Assembly (NCBI GenBank): GCA_905215815.1
Contig: CAJMRN010000001.1
Location: 8,680 to 72,679 of the forward strand
DNA: 64,000 bases
Reading direction: 5' to 3'
Origin: an uncultured bacterium
Lineage (GTDB): Bacteria > Actinomycetota > Coriobacteriia > Coriobacteriales > Coriobacteriaceae
In this document: piece after piece, positions 1 through 9,259 of the stretch
Layout: each line of letters opens with the position of its first letter
Numbering within the stretch: the first letter of the stretch is position 1
Program-made: the position numbers and the translations under genes
The notes under the pieces: generated by a model
What the model saw: the letters and a program-made list of their open reading frames with translations, nothing else
The model's database searches: none
What the model was told of the DNA's origin: nothing

Positions 1-183
1 AATGACATGCTCGGCAGCGGCGTCATTGCCAAAAATGCCCATGTATGCGGAGCGTGCGGCACCGCATTTCTTGGCATAAACGGCGAAGTTCACCGCGTTG
101 CCGCCAGGATACATGGTGTGGATATGCTCGTAGCGATCGACGACGTTGTCGCCAAATCCGAGCGCGTTAACGTTAAATGCCAT
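1..183 (-). CDS. frlD: Fructoselysine 6-kinase (PfkB family), N-terminal part; runs off the window
   Basis: Manual translation MAFNVNALGFGDNVVDRYEHIHTMYPGGNAVNFAVYAKK has the PfkB GDNxxD and PGGNAxNxA motifs; lies just downstream of frlB; not in the ORF track. Confidence 0.85.
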   Translation of the reverse strand, partial: MAFNVNALGFGDNVVDRYEHIHTMYPGGNAVNFAVYAKKCGAARSAYMGIFGNDAAAEHVI

Positions 184-196
184 GGTATTTACCCTT

Positions 197-1165
197 CTAG
201 TACTCGACGACGCCCATGTAGCGACGGAAATCGGGATCATGGTCAAACACCTTGCCGCGTGCGGCACGCAGCTCGCAGTTCATGGCGTAGAACAGCACCG
301 GGTCCAGATAGGCACGGACGCTCGCCGGCACGTCTTCCATACCGTACTCCTTGGCATCGAGCACCATCAGCGTATCGGTATGCGTCTTAAGGAACGCCAG
401 GGCGCGCTCATCCATAGCACGGCACTCGCTGGAGCCCATCTGCAGGAAGTAAAAAACGCCATCCTGAGTAGCCTCGAAGGGGCCATGGAAGTACTCGGCA
501 GAGTGGATGTAGCTGCAGTGCTGCCACTGCATCTCCATAAGAGAGCAGATAGCGAAACCGTAGGTCTGGCTAAAGTTGGGACCGCTGCCCAGAATGTAGA
601 AGAACTCGTGCTCCTGGCAAAGCTTGGCAAAACGATCGCCCAGCTCGGCATTTACCTTCTCACGTGCCGGGGGAAGAATCTTATCCATCTCGGCGATACC
701 GGCATACATATCGGCAAGATCGGCGTAGCCCTCCTGCTGATCGAGCAGCTCGGCCGCAAGCGACAGCGAAATGCCAGCGGGGACCTCGGCCTGCGGCACG
801 CCCTCGCCCCACGGGTAGACCCACGTGGTCCACTTGCCGGAGTCGATCTTGGATCCAGCGTTGTCGGTCTGGGCGATCACCGTAGCGCCGGCTGCAAGGG
901 CAATCTCGCAGCCCTCGACGACCTCCGGGGTATTGCCACTGTGGCTGCAAGCGATGACCAGGGACTTCTCGCCCAGACGACGCGGACGCATAATGTCGAA
1001 TTCACGCGCGGTATAGATATACGAAGTGAAGGTGGTTGCCTCGCGCTGCAGAAGCTCATGAGCCGGGATCAAATCGATCATGGAGCCACCGCAAGCAATC
1101 CAGTAGACGCTGTCGAACTTGCCCTTCTCGGCAATTGCCTCTTTGATCAGATCGTGTGCGTTCAT
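197..1165 (-). CDS. frlB: SIS-domain fructosamine-6-phosphate deglycase
   Basis: Double SIS protein with ACGGS, SHSGNTPE and EYFHGPFE motifs; C-terminal RRYMG. Confidence 0.88.
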   Translation of the reverse strand: MNAHDLIKEAIAEKGKFDSVYWIACGGSMIDLIPAHELLQREATTFTSYIYTAREFDIMRPRRLGEKSLVIACSHSGNTPEVVEGCEIALAAGATVIAQTDNAGSKIDSGKWTTWVYPWGEGVPQAEVPAGISLSLAAELLDQQEGYADLADMYAGIAEMDKILPPAREKVNAELGDRFAKLCQEHEFFYILGSGPNFSQTYGFAICSLMEMQWQHCSYIHSAEYFHGPFEATQDGVFYFLQMGSSECRAMDERALAFLKTHTDTLMVLDAKEYGMEDVPASVRAYLDPVLFYAMNCELRAARGKVFDHDPDFRRYMGVVEY

Positions 1166-1227
1166 ATCCAGTTCCTTTCTTGTTTAGGCCGCAATCAATG
1201 ACGTTGGTTGCGTGGCCGATAGTTGTT

Positions 1228-2079
1228 TTAGTCAATCAGATATTTCTCGAATGCGGCCATGTTCTTGGCATCTGCCGCCGCCGGGTCATCGTAGTAACGA
1301 CCGTCCGTGATTTCCTGGCCCAGTATGCCGTCGAAACCATGGGCGTTGAGTGTGGCGACGAAGGCGTCCATATCGTGCTTGCCATCGCCCCATACCAGAT
1401 GTCCATACGGGTCACCGTCGATAAAGTGCATCTCGTGAATTGCCCCATCACCAAAGGCGGCAAACCAGTCCTCGAGCGTCTCGCCCGCAACGCCCATCGC
1501 GGTTGTATCAACCATGGGCTGTAAGTACGGGCTCGCGACCTCGTCAATCATGCGCTTCGCATCGGAAACCGTCGTCACAAGGTTGCTCTCCTCGGGACGC
1601 AGGCTTTCCATCGTAAGCACCAGACCGTGCTCGCCGGCATACTCCGCCAGAATGGACAAGTGCTCGCGACTGCGCTTCCAGGCTTCCTCGCGGTCCTCGT
1701 CCCAGTCGCCCCAGCCCGAGTTGATGGACATACGGTCGCACCCAAGTACCTCGGCAAGCTCAATGCCGTGCTTGAAGTACGCCAGGCTGCGCTGTTCATG
1801 CAGCGGTTTGCGTGCGCAGTACTGCCAAGGATAGACAACATTCTCGGGGCACAGAGTACGATACCTAAGCCCACGGTCTGCAGCCTTTTTCGCCAGGACC
1901 TCAGCCTCAAAGTAGCCCGTATGGTCGAGCGTCACATGCGGCTCTGCGCACCACAGCTCAATGGACTCAAAGCCCAAACGCTGCTGCACATCAAGGAAGT
2001 AATCGAGCGACCACATGATGTAGTGGATATTCATGCCCGCAATCTGCTCGCGGCGCAGCGTCGGTTTGGATTCAAACAT
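1228..2079 (-). CDS. frlC: Fructoselysine 3-epimerase-like TIM-barrel sugar epimerase
   Basis: GFESIELW..PH, ESLRPEESNLV, MVDT and HFIDG motifs; frl context. Confidence 0.75.
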   Translation of the reverse strand: MFESKPTLRREQIAGMNIHYIMWSLDYFLDVQQRLGFESIELWCAEPHVTLDHTGYFEAEVLAKKAADRGLRYRTLCPENVVYPWQYCARKPLHEQRSLAYFKHGIELAEVLGCDRMSINSGWGDWDEDREEAWKRSREHLSILAEYAGEHGLVLTMESLRPEESNLVTTVSDAKRMIDEVASPYLQPMVDTTAMGVAGETLEDWFAAFGDGAIHEMHFIDGDPYGHLVWGDGKHDMDAFVATLNAHGFDGILGQEITDGRYYDDPAAADAKNMAAFEKYLID

Positions 2080-2080
2080 C

Positions 2081-3673
2081 TTATGCCTCCTTATTTCGAT
2101 CGAACACGATTTGTCCGTCCGACATCGTTATATCAACCGCAAGATCGCGTGCGTCGCGATAATCGAGGTCAAACACATCCCGATCGAGCACGCAGATATC
2201 GGCAAGCTTGCCGACCTCGAGCGTACCCAGCTCGTCTTCGCGCATCAGGTCGTACGCGCCCCCGGCAGTCCAAGCGCGCAAGAGCTCGACAAGCGTCAGC
2301 GCGTTGGCCTCATTCACGGGCAGTCCGTCGTCGAAGTATCCGCCGCACGCACTGTAGATTGACTCGCCCAGGCTCGGGATCAGCAGCGGCAAATCCGTGC
2401 CACAGCACACTGTGCATCCGGAATCTTCCATGCCGCGGCGATTCCAGCTGTGCAAAAGTCGCGTCTCGCCGATTTGTCGACGCATCATCGACAGGCAATC
2501 CTCGCGCCGGTCCAGCGTCAGAATCTGCGGATAGACCTCGCAAATTCCACCCAACTTGCCAAACTCGACAAGATCGGTCGGATCAGAGTTCTCGAGATCG
2601 GTAATCGCATGGCGACGAAGCATCCGTCCATGCTCGTCTCGAGGCAGCGAGGCATAGAGCGCCACGGTGCGGCGAACGGCGCCATCGCCCTGGCAATGCA
2701 AGGAATATCGGAAGTCGTCAGCATCAATTGCACGCAGCTCGTTCTCAATCAGATCCCACTCTGGCTCCTCGACGACCGTCTTGCCGGCAGCGCCCGCATC
2801 GGCCGTGTCTTCATAGGGGTCAATCATCTCGGCAAGCCCCGCCCATACGCCGCGATCGGTCATACGGTTGAAGCCAGAAAAACGAACGAACGGTCCCCGG
2901 AAGCGCTCTCGTGCCTCGCGAGCATATGGCAGATTTGCACCGGCACCCACCGGCTGCGACATCATAGAGACGCGAACCGTCAGCTCTCCAGATTCCTCAC
3001 GGCGAGCCATTTCGTCGGCAAAGCCGTAGTAGTCATCAAACGCCATCTCCTTGATGGCGGTAACGCCGCGCTCGTTAAGCATGCTCATGTAGTCCGAATA
3101 CCCGGCACGCACCTCGGGCAGCGCGAGGAAATCGCTCATCATGCGCCAGATCTTCTCGGCATAGCACGCCTGCGGCGTAAAGCCGTATCGCGCACTGGCG
3201 GCAGCATTGAGAACACAGGTCTCCGCGCCCGGTGTAAAGCAGACGACAGGGATATCGCCAAAACACTCGTCAAACACAGCTGCTGTGTTTGCGTTCTCGG
3301 CATCCGATGCCAACGTTTCGGGCAGGTTGTGGCCAAAAGCCGCCGCGCAATCCGGATGATCATCTTTCCATGCACGCAAGAGCGACACGGCCTCTTTGGC
3401 ATCAGCGACGCCGGATAGATCAGACCCCAACGTCCGCAGCGCCCAGCCCGTATAGAAGGTATGCACATCGATCAGGCCAGGCATGACGGTGCGGTCGCCC
3501 AGGTCAACTACCTCGTCCGCCTGGGTCAAATACGAAGCTACCTCACACTTGGTGCCAACCGCCTCAATTCGATTGCCACGGACCGCTACGAAACCTTCGA
3601 ACGGCAGGTCCCCCGTACCGGTAAAGACGCTCTTAGACGTCAGGACCGTTAAACGATCAGACATCACAACCAC
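2081..3673 (-). CDS. Metal-dependent amidohydrolase (Amidohydro_3/YtcJ-like)
   Basis: MPGLIDVHTF, HCQGD, GTD and GTLEVGKLAD motifs; start may be 3664. Confidence 0.85.
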   Translation of the reverse strand: MVVMSDRLTVLTSKSVFTGTGDLPFEGFVAVRGNRIEAVGTKCEVASYLTQADEVVDLGDRTVMPGLIDVHTFYTGWALRTLGSDLSGVADAKEAVSLLRAWKDDHPDCAAAFGHNLPETLASDAENANTAAVFDECFGDIPVVCFTPGAETCVLNAAASARYGFTPQACYAEKIWRMMSDFLALPEVRAGYSDYMSMLNERGVTAIKEMAFDDYYGFADEMARREESGELTVRVSMMSQPVGAGANLPYAREARERFRGPFVRFSGFNRMTDRGVWAGLAEMIDPYEDTADAGAAGKTVVEEPEWDLIENELRAIDADDFRYSLHCQGDGAVRRTVALYASLPRDEHGRMLRRHAITDLENSDPTDLVEFGKLGGICEVYPQILTLDRREDCLSMMRRQIGETRLLHSWNRRGMEDSGCTVCCGTDLPLLIPSLGESIYSACGGYFDDGLPVNEANALTLVELLRAWTAGGAYDLMREDELGTLEVGKLADICVLDRDVFDLDYRDARDLAVDITMSDGQIVFDRNKEA

Positions 3674-5137
3674 CTACACCGGAAGCATGCCAGAGATTGC
3701 CGTTACGATCAGGCCAAAGACGACCATGAAAATGAAGAACTTCCAAATGGTCTTCCACCATTGACCAAACGAGATCTTTGCCACGGCAAGGCCGGCAACC
3801 GTCATGCCCGCCACGGGACTGATGGTGTTGATGGTCTGATTAGCAAACTGGAGCGCGGTAACGGCGGCTTCGGGATTGAGGCCCATAAGCTCGGTCAGCG
3901 GACCCATGACGGGCATGGTGAGCGCCGCAAGTCCAGAGCTCGAGGGAACCAGCAAAGAGAGCAGGCCAAGGACGATATACATAAACGTGGTGTAGACGGC
4001 GGCAGGTGCACCGGCAAGCGCAGTAGCGAGCGCCTGGAGGATGGTGTCGATGATCATGCCACCCTCTGCGATGACCAAGATACCGCGAGCGATGCCGATG
4101 ACGATAGCGGCATACGCAAAGTCGGCAATGCCTTTAACGAACTCCTCGGCGATCGTCTGCTGGTCAAGGCCGCCCAGGATACCGGCAAGCAAGCCCATAC
4201 CAAGGAACACGGCGGAAATCTCATTCATGTACCAGCCCTGGGTAACAAGACCCCAGACGATAATGCCCATGCCGCAGGCAAAATCGATAAGCACGAGCTT
4301 CTGACGGGTAGTGAACTCTTCCTCGATGGAGGCATCGGTCACGGAAAACTCAACACGCTTGAGCTTGTCGTCCTCGTACGTAATGGACGACTCGGGGTTT
4401 TTCTTGACGCGCATGGCGTAGCGCATGGCCCATGCGATACCGACGGCAGTGAAGATGACCCAAGAAACGGCGCGCAGCCACAGTTGCGGATTGCCCTCGA
4501 TGCCAATGATGCCTTGGGCGATCAAGACGTTAAACGGATCGATGGTCGAGGCACAATATCCCAGGTTGGGACCAAGGAAGCAGATGATGAATGCCGTCAT
4601 CGAGTCATAACCGATACCCATCATGATGGGAATGAAGATGGCATAGAACGGCAGGGCTTCCTCAGACATACCAAACGTAGTGCCGCAAATGGACAGCAAC
4701 GTCATCGTGATGGGAATGATGAGGATGTCCTTGTTCTTGAGCTTTTTAATCACACGGCTCATGCCGGCATTCAAAGCGTTGGTCTTGGTGATGACTGCGA
4801 ACGATCCGCCAATCAATAAGACGAACGCAACGACGTCGGCAGCCTCCTGGATGCCCTTAGTAGGCGCTTGCAGGACCGCAAAGATATCCTGGCCCAGATT
4901 GATGGTCTCGCCGGTCTCGGAATCGGTGTAGTTCTTATCGACCTGTTCATAGGTTCCAGCAACGGCAACTTCACGCTCGCCCGCCGCTGTCGAAATCGTC
5001 TTGCGCTGATACTGACCAGAAGGAACGATCCAAGTCAGGACCGCAAAGACAACGATCAGCAAGAACATGATCGTATAGACATGCGGTAATTTGAACTTAA
5101 AACGTCTGTTTGTCTTCTTCGCCTTCGTATCTGACAT
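3674..5137 (-). CDS. YfcC/DcuC-like (C4-dicarboxylate anaerobic carrier family) membrane transporter
   Basis: LPHVYTI, TWIVPSGQY, GMSEEALPFY and VPSSSGLAALTMP motifs; many TM segments; ATG at 5137 with GGAGGT RBS. Confidence 0.85.
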   Translation of the reverse strand: MSDTKAKKTNRRFKFKLPHVYTIMFLLIVVFAVLTWIVPSGQYQRKTISTAAGEREVAVAGTYEQVDKNYTDSETGETINLGQDIFAVLQAPTKGIQEAADVVAFVLLIGGSFAVITKTNALNAGMSRVIKKLKNKDILIIPITMTLLSICGTTFGMSEEALPFYAIFIPIMMGIGYDSMTAFIICFLGPNLGYCASTIDPFNVLIAQGIIGIEGNPQLWLRAVSWVIFTAVGIAWAMRYAMRVKKNPESSITYEDDKLKRVEFSVTDASIEEEFTTRQKLVLIDFACGMGIIVWGLVTQGWYMNEISAVFLGMGLLAGILGGLDQQTIAEEFVKGIADFAYAAIVIGIARGILVIAEGGMIIDTILQALATALAGAPAAVYTTFMYIVLGLLSLLVPSSSGLAALTMPVMGPLTELMGLNPEAAVTALQFANQTINTISPVAGMTVAGLAVAKISFGQWWKTIWKFFIFMVVFGLIVTAISGMLPV

Positions 5138-5197
5138 AGATACCTCCAAAGAACTCGAGACTGCATCACATCTCGCTTCAACGCTTGCACAAGGCAA

Positions 5198-5245
5198 ACG
5201 TTCTATGACGTTCTATAGATTACCAGTAGCTTTTCTTGTCATCAA
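5198..5245 (-). promoter_or_regulatory. Sigma70-type promoter with a HutC/FrlR-type GntR operator
   Basis: Minus strand TTGATG-N17-TAATCT (5245-5217); GTTCTATGAC at 5200-5209 fits GT-N2-TA-N2-AC; ACGTTCTAT direct repeat at 5198 and 5208. Confidence 0.6.
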
Positions 5246-5355
5246 GATAATTTCAAACTGATTGCCGCGACGCGGTTGAACGGTTGCGTTCGCGCCGTGA
5301 ACGGTATGGAGACGCCCGGTGAGATGATCCACCGGGCGTCTCAATTCGCAATGTC

Positions 5356-6099
5356 CTAGATGTCAAAAACGTAGCGAGACCCAACGATCCGCTGACGACC
5401 GATGATAAACGGCCGCCGCTGCTCATCGAAAAAGAAGGCTTCCATATAAAACAAGGGTTCGCCAACGGGAACTGCCAACAGCCGAGCGACCTCGGGCGAC
5501 GCGCACGCGATCTCGAGTGTGCACGGGTCGGTAAACGCGGGCGTACGGCCCGTCCGGTTGCGCACGAACTCAAAAATGGATTGGTTAGATAGAGGTGCCG
5601 TTGATAGATAAGCGTTGTCCTCGTAAACGTATATGTTGTTCTCGAGCATGACGGGGACTCCATCGGCAGTGCGCACACGCTCAACGCAAATCAAATCAGT
5701 TCCAACGGGAACACCAAAGAACTGTGCTTCGGTGGAATCCGCCGGCAGTATCTTTCTCGAAATGACGCACGCCCCCGGCTCCATTCCGTTAACGCGGCAT
5801 GCGTCCGAAAAACTCTGGACGTCATCCTTCTGGCGAATCTTGCGCTTAAGCTTGGGGGCATTGACAAACGTGCCTTTCCCCTGCCGCTTCGTTAGATAGC
5901 CCTGCTGGACGAGCTCCTCAATAGCGCGTCGCACGGTAACGCGGCCAACTTTATAGCTCTCAGCCAATTCGAATTCGTTGGGTATCCGCGCGCCCGCCTT
6001 GTATGCACCGGAGCTGATTTCGTTTTTAATGATATCGATAACCTGTTGGTACAGCGGTATCGCTGCTTTACCGTCAGTTAGTCCTTCAGTCGGTGGCAT
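5356..6099 (-). CDS. GntR/HutC-family transcription regulator with UTRA domain (FrlR-like)
   Basis: PLYQQV..IPNEFELAESYKVGRVTVRRA..QGKGTFV wHTH plus a UTRA-type C-terminus. Confidence 0.9.
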   Translation of the reverse strand: MPPTEGLTDGKAAIPLYQQVIDIIKNEISSGAYKAGARIPNEFELAESYKVGRVTVRRAIEELVQQGYLTKRQGKGTFVNAPKLKRKIRQKDDVQSFSDACRVNGMEPGACVISRKILPADSTEAQFFGVPVGTDLICVERVRTADGVPVMLENNIYVYEDNAYLSTAPLSNQSIFEFVRNRTGRTPAFTDPCTLEIACASPEVARLLAVPVGEPLFYMEAFFFDEQRRPFIIGRQRIVGSRYVFDI

Positions 6100-6249
6100 A
6101 TACCCTCTCCCAGCACAATTAAGTCTAAAGCGGGCCCAAGGGCATTCAGCAAGCCTTTAAGCCCGCATTAGCATTAAGTATGCTTGCTGCCGCACCAAAA
6201 TGTCGGGCATTTACTCATCTGACCCGAAAAACGCGCAACTACCGCGCTC

Positions 6250-6909
6250 CTAAGAAAGCGTGAGCAGTTCCGGCAGCTGGTCGATAATCTTGTCCGCGGC
6301 ATCCTGGCTAAATCCAAAGCGCTCCTCGCGCTTGGCAATGACTGTCAAGCCGGCTCGCTTACCCGCGGTAATGCCCGGAACGGAATCCTCAACGCAGCAG
6401 CAGCGATTCGCGGGCAGCCCCAGCAGATCCAGCGCATGCAGGTAGATGTCGGGCTCGGGCTTGCTCTCCTTAAACTGCTCGCCGCTCACCACATACTCAA
6501 AGGCATCCGACAGCCCGCATGCGTTGAGCACTTCCTCGATGCTAACCATGGGAGACGAGCTGGCAAGCGCCACGCGAACGCCACGGCGCGGCAGCTCTCG
6601 AATCGTATCCACGGCGCCTGGGTTAATCAAAGCCTGATAGTCGCGCGGACGTTTATGCGCCCACTCGTCCCAACGGGCCAACGCTTCCTCGCCAGTGAAA
6701 TGCCCCTTACCGGCGCGCTCAAACCAATCGACCAGCATATGCAGGAAGAACTGATGGGAGGTACCGACCTGCCCATTCAACTCCTCTTGAGTCAGATTAA
6801 GCCCCAGCTCCTTGGCAAACGCGGCAGTCTCGCCCAAGTAGTAATACTCGGTATCGACAATGACGCCGTCCATGTCAAAGATAACGGCGTCGAACGGAAA
6901 TGCGGACAC
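6250..6909 (-). CDS. HAD-family phosphatase (beta-PGM/CbbY-like)
   Basis: FDMDGV, SKPEPDIY and VEDS motifs; GTG start at 6909 after GGAGGG. Confidence 0.88.
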   Translation of the reverse strand: MSAFPFDAVIFDMDGVIVDTEYYYLGETAAFAKELGLNLTQEELNGQVGTSHQFFLHMLVDWFERAGKGHFTGEEALARWDEWAHKRPRDYQALINPGAVDTIRELPRRGVRVALASSSPMVSIEEVLNACGLSDAFEYVVSGEQFKESKPEPDIYLHALDLLGLPANRCCCVEDSVPGITAGKRAGLTVIAKREERFGFSQDAADKIIDQLPELLTLS

Positions 6910-6973
6910 GGCACCCTCCCTAACAAAAGGACGCCCGCGAGCAGGCGCCCGAATCATGCATTAATCGGCGATT

Positions 6974-7816
6974 CTAGCCCAGCAGCTTATCCAGCGCCAC
7001 CGCAATACCATCTTCGTTGTTATTGGCGGTCACCATCTGGGCCACAGCCTTAACCTCATCGACGGCGTTGCCCATGGCTACACCCGTGCCGGCCCACTCA
7101 ATCATGGACTTGTCGTTTTGGCCGTCGCCAAACGATACGACATCGCTGGCATCGATGCCGAGCTTGGGCAGGGCACCCTCGAGCGCACGGGCCTTGTCGA
7201 TACCGGGCGCCGTGTACTCAAAGTACCAGTCGGCCGTAAACATGCCCGAAAGCGTCTGCTTAAAGGGCGCATACATCTCCTCGTAATGCGCCTGCAGGTA
7301 GGCCGGATCGCCCGCCGTCAGCAGCTTGTCCACGGGATAAGCGTCCACAACCTCATGCAAGCTCTCGACCTCGCGAATCTTAAGATCGCACGCATCGCGC
7401 TCATACTTGACGATATTCTTCTGCGAGCCGTCAGGCAGCGTGATCATGCAATGGTACGAGTCCTCGACGTGCAAATCGCGACCGAGCGAAATCATAGGGA
7501 TCACGTCAAAATTACGCAGATGATCAATCAGACGGTGCAGCTCGTCAGCCGGCATGGCCTGGTCAAAAAGGACCTCATCGGTCTGAGCGTCGACCACATG
7601 CGCGCCATTAAAGGCAACTAGCAGACCGTCATGGTTTTGAAGGTCGAGCTCCTGCGCCAGAGCATGTAATCCCCATGCGGGACGGCCCGAAGCCAAAACG
7701 AGCTTAATGCCCGACTCCTGCGCCGCAAGCAGCTTCTCGCGCGTACGAGGGCTAATCGCCTTCTGGTCGTTGGTGAGCGTACCGTCGATATCCATTGCGA
7801 TGGCTTTGATTGCCAT
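6974..7816 (-). CDS. Cof-type HAD-IIB hydrolase
   Basis: DIDGTL, ASGR and FGDGQND..M motifs. Confidence 0.92.
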   Translation of the reverse strand: MAIKAIAMDIDGTLTNDQKAISPRTREKLLAAQESGIKLVLASGRPAWGLHALAQELDLQNHDGLLVAFNGAHVVDAQTDEVLFDQAMPADELHRLIDHLRNFDVIPMISLGRDLHVEDSYHCMITLPDGSQKNIVKYERDACDLKIREVESLHEVVDAYPVDKLLTAGDPAYLQAHYEEMYAPFKQTLSGMFTADWYFEYTAPGIDKARALEGALPKLGIDASDVVSFGDGQNDKSMIEWAGTGVAMGNAVDEVKAVAQMVTANNNEDGIAVALDKLLG

Positions 7817-7934
7817 ATATGCCTCCTTGCATCGTTTTTATCGCGCACTATCTTATCCGAGCCGGGGCACGTTCGCACAGCGCGCGTATGACGGTTGCAA
7901 AACCACCCCATTTGAAACAAAGGCAAAAAAGTAC

Positions 7935-7963
7935 TTGCAAAGACGCGTTCCGACATATAAGTT
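7935..7963 (+). promoter_or_regulatory. Putative sigma70 promoter for the ClpP/VirD4 cassette
   Basis: TTGCAA-N17-TAAGTT in AT-rich intergenic DNA. Confidence 0.4.
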
Positions 7964-7979
7964 GATAAAAGACCGCCGT

Positions 7980-8207
7980 TGCGGTTTTAAGTAGATCGAG
8001 CATATGAAGTTTGAGTTTTAGCGTGTAAGAGAAGGAAGATCGGCAAAGTACAACCCCAAACGCAATGACAACTTAATGAGGTAACTGCCACATGTGAGGC
8101 ACCCAGGGCATTGCTGTCTCGATTTTGAGCACGATGCCTTCCGTCTTGCATGGGCCGTTCCATCCCGCCCCTGCAGCAACTGCCTCACGGGCTCATTGAA
8201 AACCGCA
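7980..8207 (+). ncRNA. Candidate structured RNA or 5' leader (nested stems)
   Basis: TGCGGTTTT 7980-88 / AAAACCGCA 8199-8207; AATGAG 8075-80 / CTCATT 8192-97; GTGAGGCA 8094-8101 / TGCCTCAC 8181-88; long hairpin 8105-8140. Confidence 0.4.
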
Positions 8208-8222
8208 TAGCACCCCAACGTC

Positions 8223-8292
8223 AGCACATCACCCACGGCAAGCACATCACTCACGACAACCAACACATCAACAAACAGCACGAACATCAACC
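8223..8292 (+). repeat. Degenerate ~18-bp tandem repeat (ACATCA core, 4 units)
   Basis: AGCACATCACCCACGGCA, AGCACATCACTCACGACA, ..ACACATCAACAAACAGCA, CGAACATCAACC. Confidence 0.6.
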
Positions 8293-8305
8293 GATTGGAG
8301 AAGCT

Positions 8306-9196
8306 ATGACAAACCACCACGCTGAAGACGGCGATAAGAAAAGCATTCTGGATGCCCGAATTGAGCGAGCATATGCAAACGAATATGACGCCGCCTTTGC
8401 CGCCGCGACCATCAAGAACTACGCGTCGCTACCGCTCGCGACAATCTTGGCCGACCACCCTCAACTGCTGAAGCGCTGCACAAAGATCATGGGCGACCCC
8501 GACATTCGCAAGCTGACAGACCCCTATGCCCCAAAACGCGACAACGATTCGTACGTTCTTACCGTAGGCTGCCTAGCCCATATGCTTACGGCGCTCGACA
8601 CGAAACTCAAGCTCGAATGGGAACCCGACGAGCGTCATGAACTCGAAAGCAAGCGGAACACCCTGCGCACCGCACTGTTCCTTCCGTTGAACGGCCTCAA
8701 GCGCTGCAACGTCGAGCTCAATACACAGGCGCGGCAAAAGCCCGGAACCACGGGGCAGAAAACTCCAAGACCCCATGCGGCCATCGTCGACCGCAACCGA
8801 TATAACCGCATGACCGCGCACTTTTCCGCCGAGGGAGCAGCCATAAGGACGCTGATCGACCTGCTGTGCCTCCTGAGCATCAACGAGCTATTTGAGGGCT
8901 ATCTCGCCCTTGTTCCCGCGACGGCACCCAAGTCGGTAGCAAAGATCATCGAGACCTGCAGACGCCAGTTTGAGCGCCATCGCAATGGCAGCGAGATGAA
9001 CGCCAGCATCGCGCAGTACTACGCGGCTCATTACAAAAATGACGGATGTGCCCCTGTCGAGCATCAGCTGCGGCTCGCCTACACCACGCCCGTCGCAACG
9101 CTCCATCGCTTTGGAGCCCTTGGCGCTTGCGAGCCGCACGAACAGGCAGCCTGCCCCACAACCGAGCTCGATCTCAGGCTCGGACGAACCCTGTAG
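8306..9196 (+). CDS. Hypothetical protein (296 aa), first gene of the ClpP/VirD4 cassette
   Basis: Long ORF; ATG 8306 preceded by GGAG; co-directional with clpP-like and virD4-like genes; no motif recognised. Confidence 0.7.
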   Translation: MTNHHAEDGDKKSILDARIERAYANEYDAAFAAATIKNYASLPLATILADHPQLLKRCTKIMGDPDIRKLTDPYAPKRDNDSYVLTVGCLAHMLTALDTKLKLEWEPDERHELESKRNTLRTALFLPLNGLKRCNVELNTQARQKPGTTGQKTPRPHAAIVDRNRYNRMTAHFSAEGAAIRTLIDLLCLLSINELFEGYLALVPATAPKSVAKIIETCRRQFERHRNGSEMNASIAQYYAAHYKNDGCAPVEHQLRLAYTTPVATLHRFGALGACEPHEQAACPTTELDLRLGRTL

Positions 9197-9259
9197 CCCG
9201 CCAGCCCCTCCGCGGGCAACAATCCTATTCCACAACACAACCAACAGAAAGGAGTCCTC

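Noticed and set aside
8223..8292. CRISPR or guide-RNA array
   Set aside because: Units are short, adjacent and degenerate with no unique spacers, and there are no cas genes in the window
8150..8305. Longer N-terminus of ORF1 from the ORF track
   Set aside because: No RBS at 8150 and it overlaps the structured region; ATG 8306 has GGAG at good spacing. Not fully excluded
7980..9196. Retron interpretation of the inverted-repeat-closed RNA and following ORF
   Set aside because: No reverse transcriptase motifs (YxDD, VTG) in the following ORF or anywhere in the window
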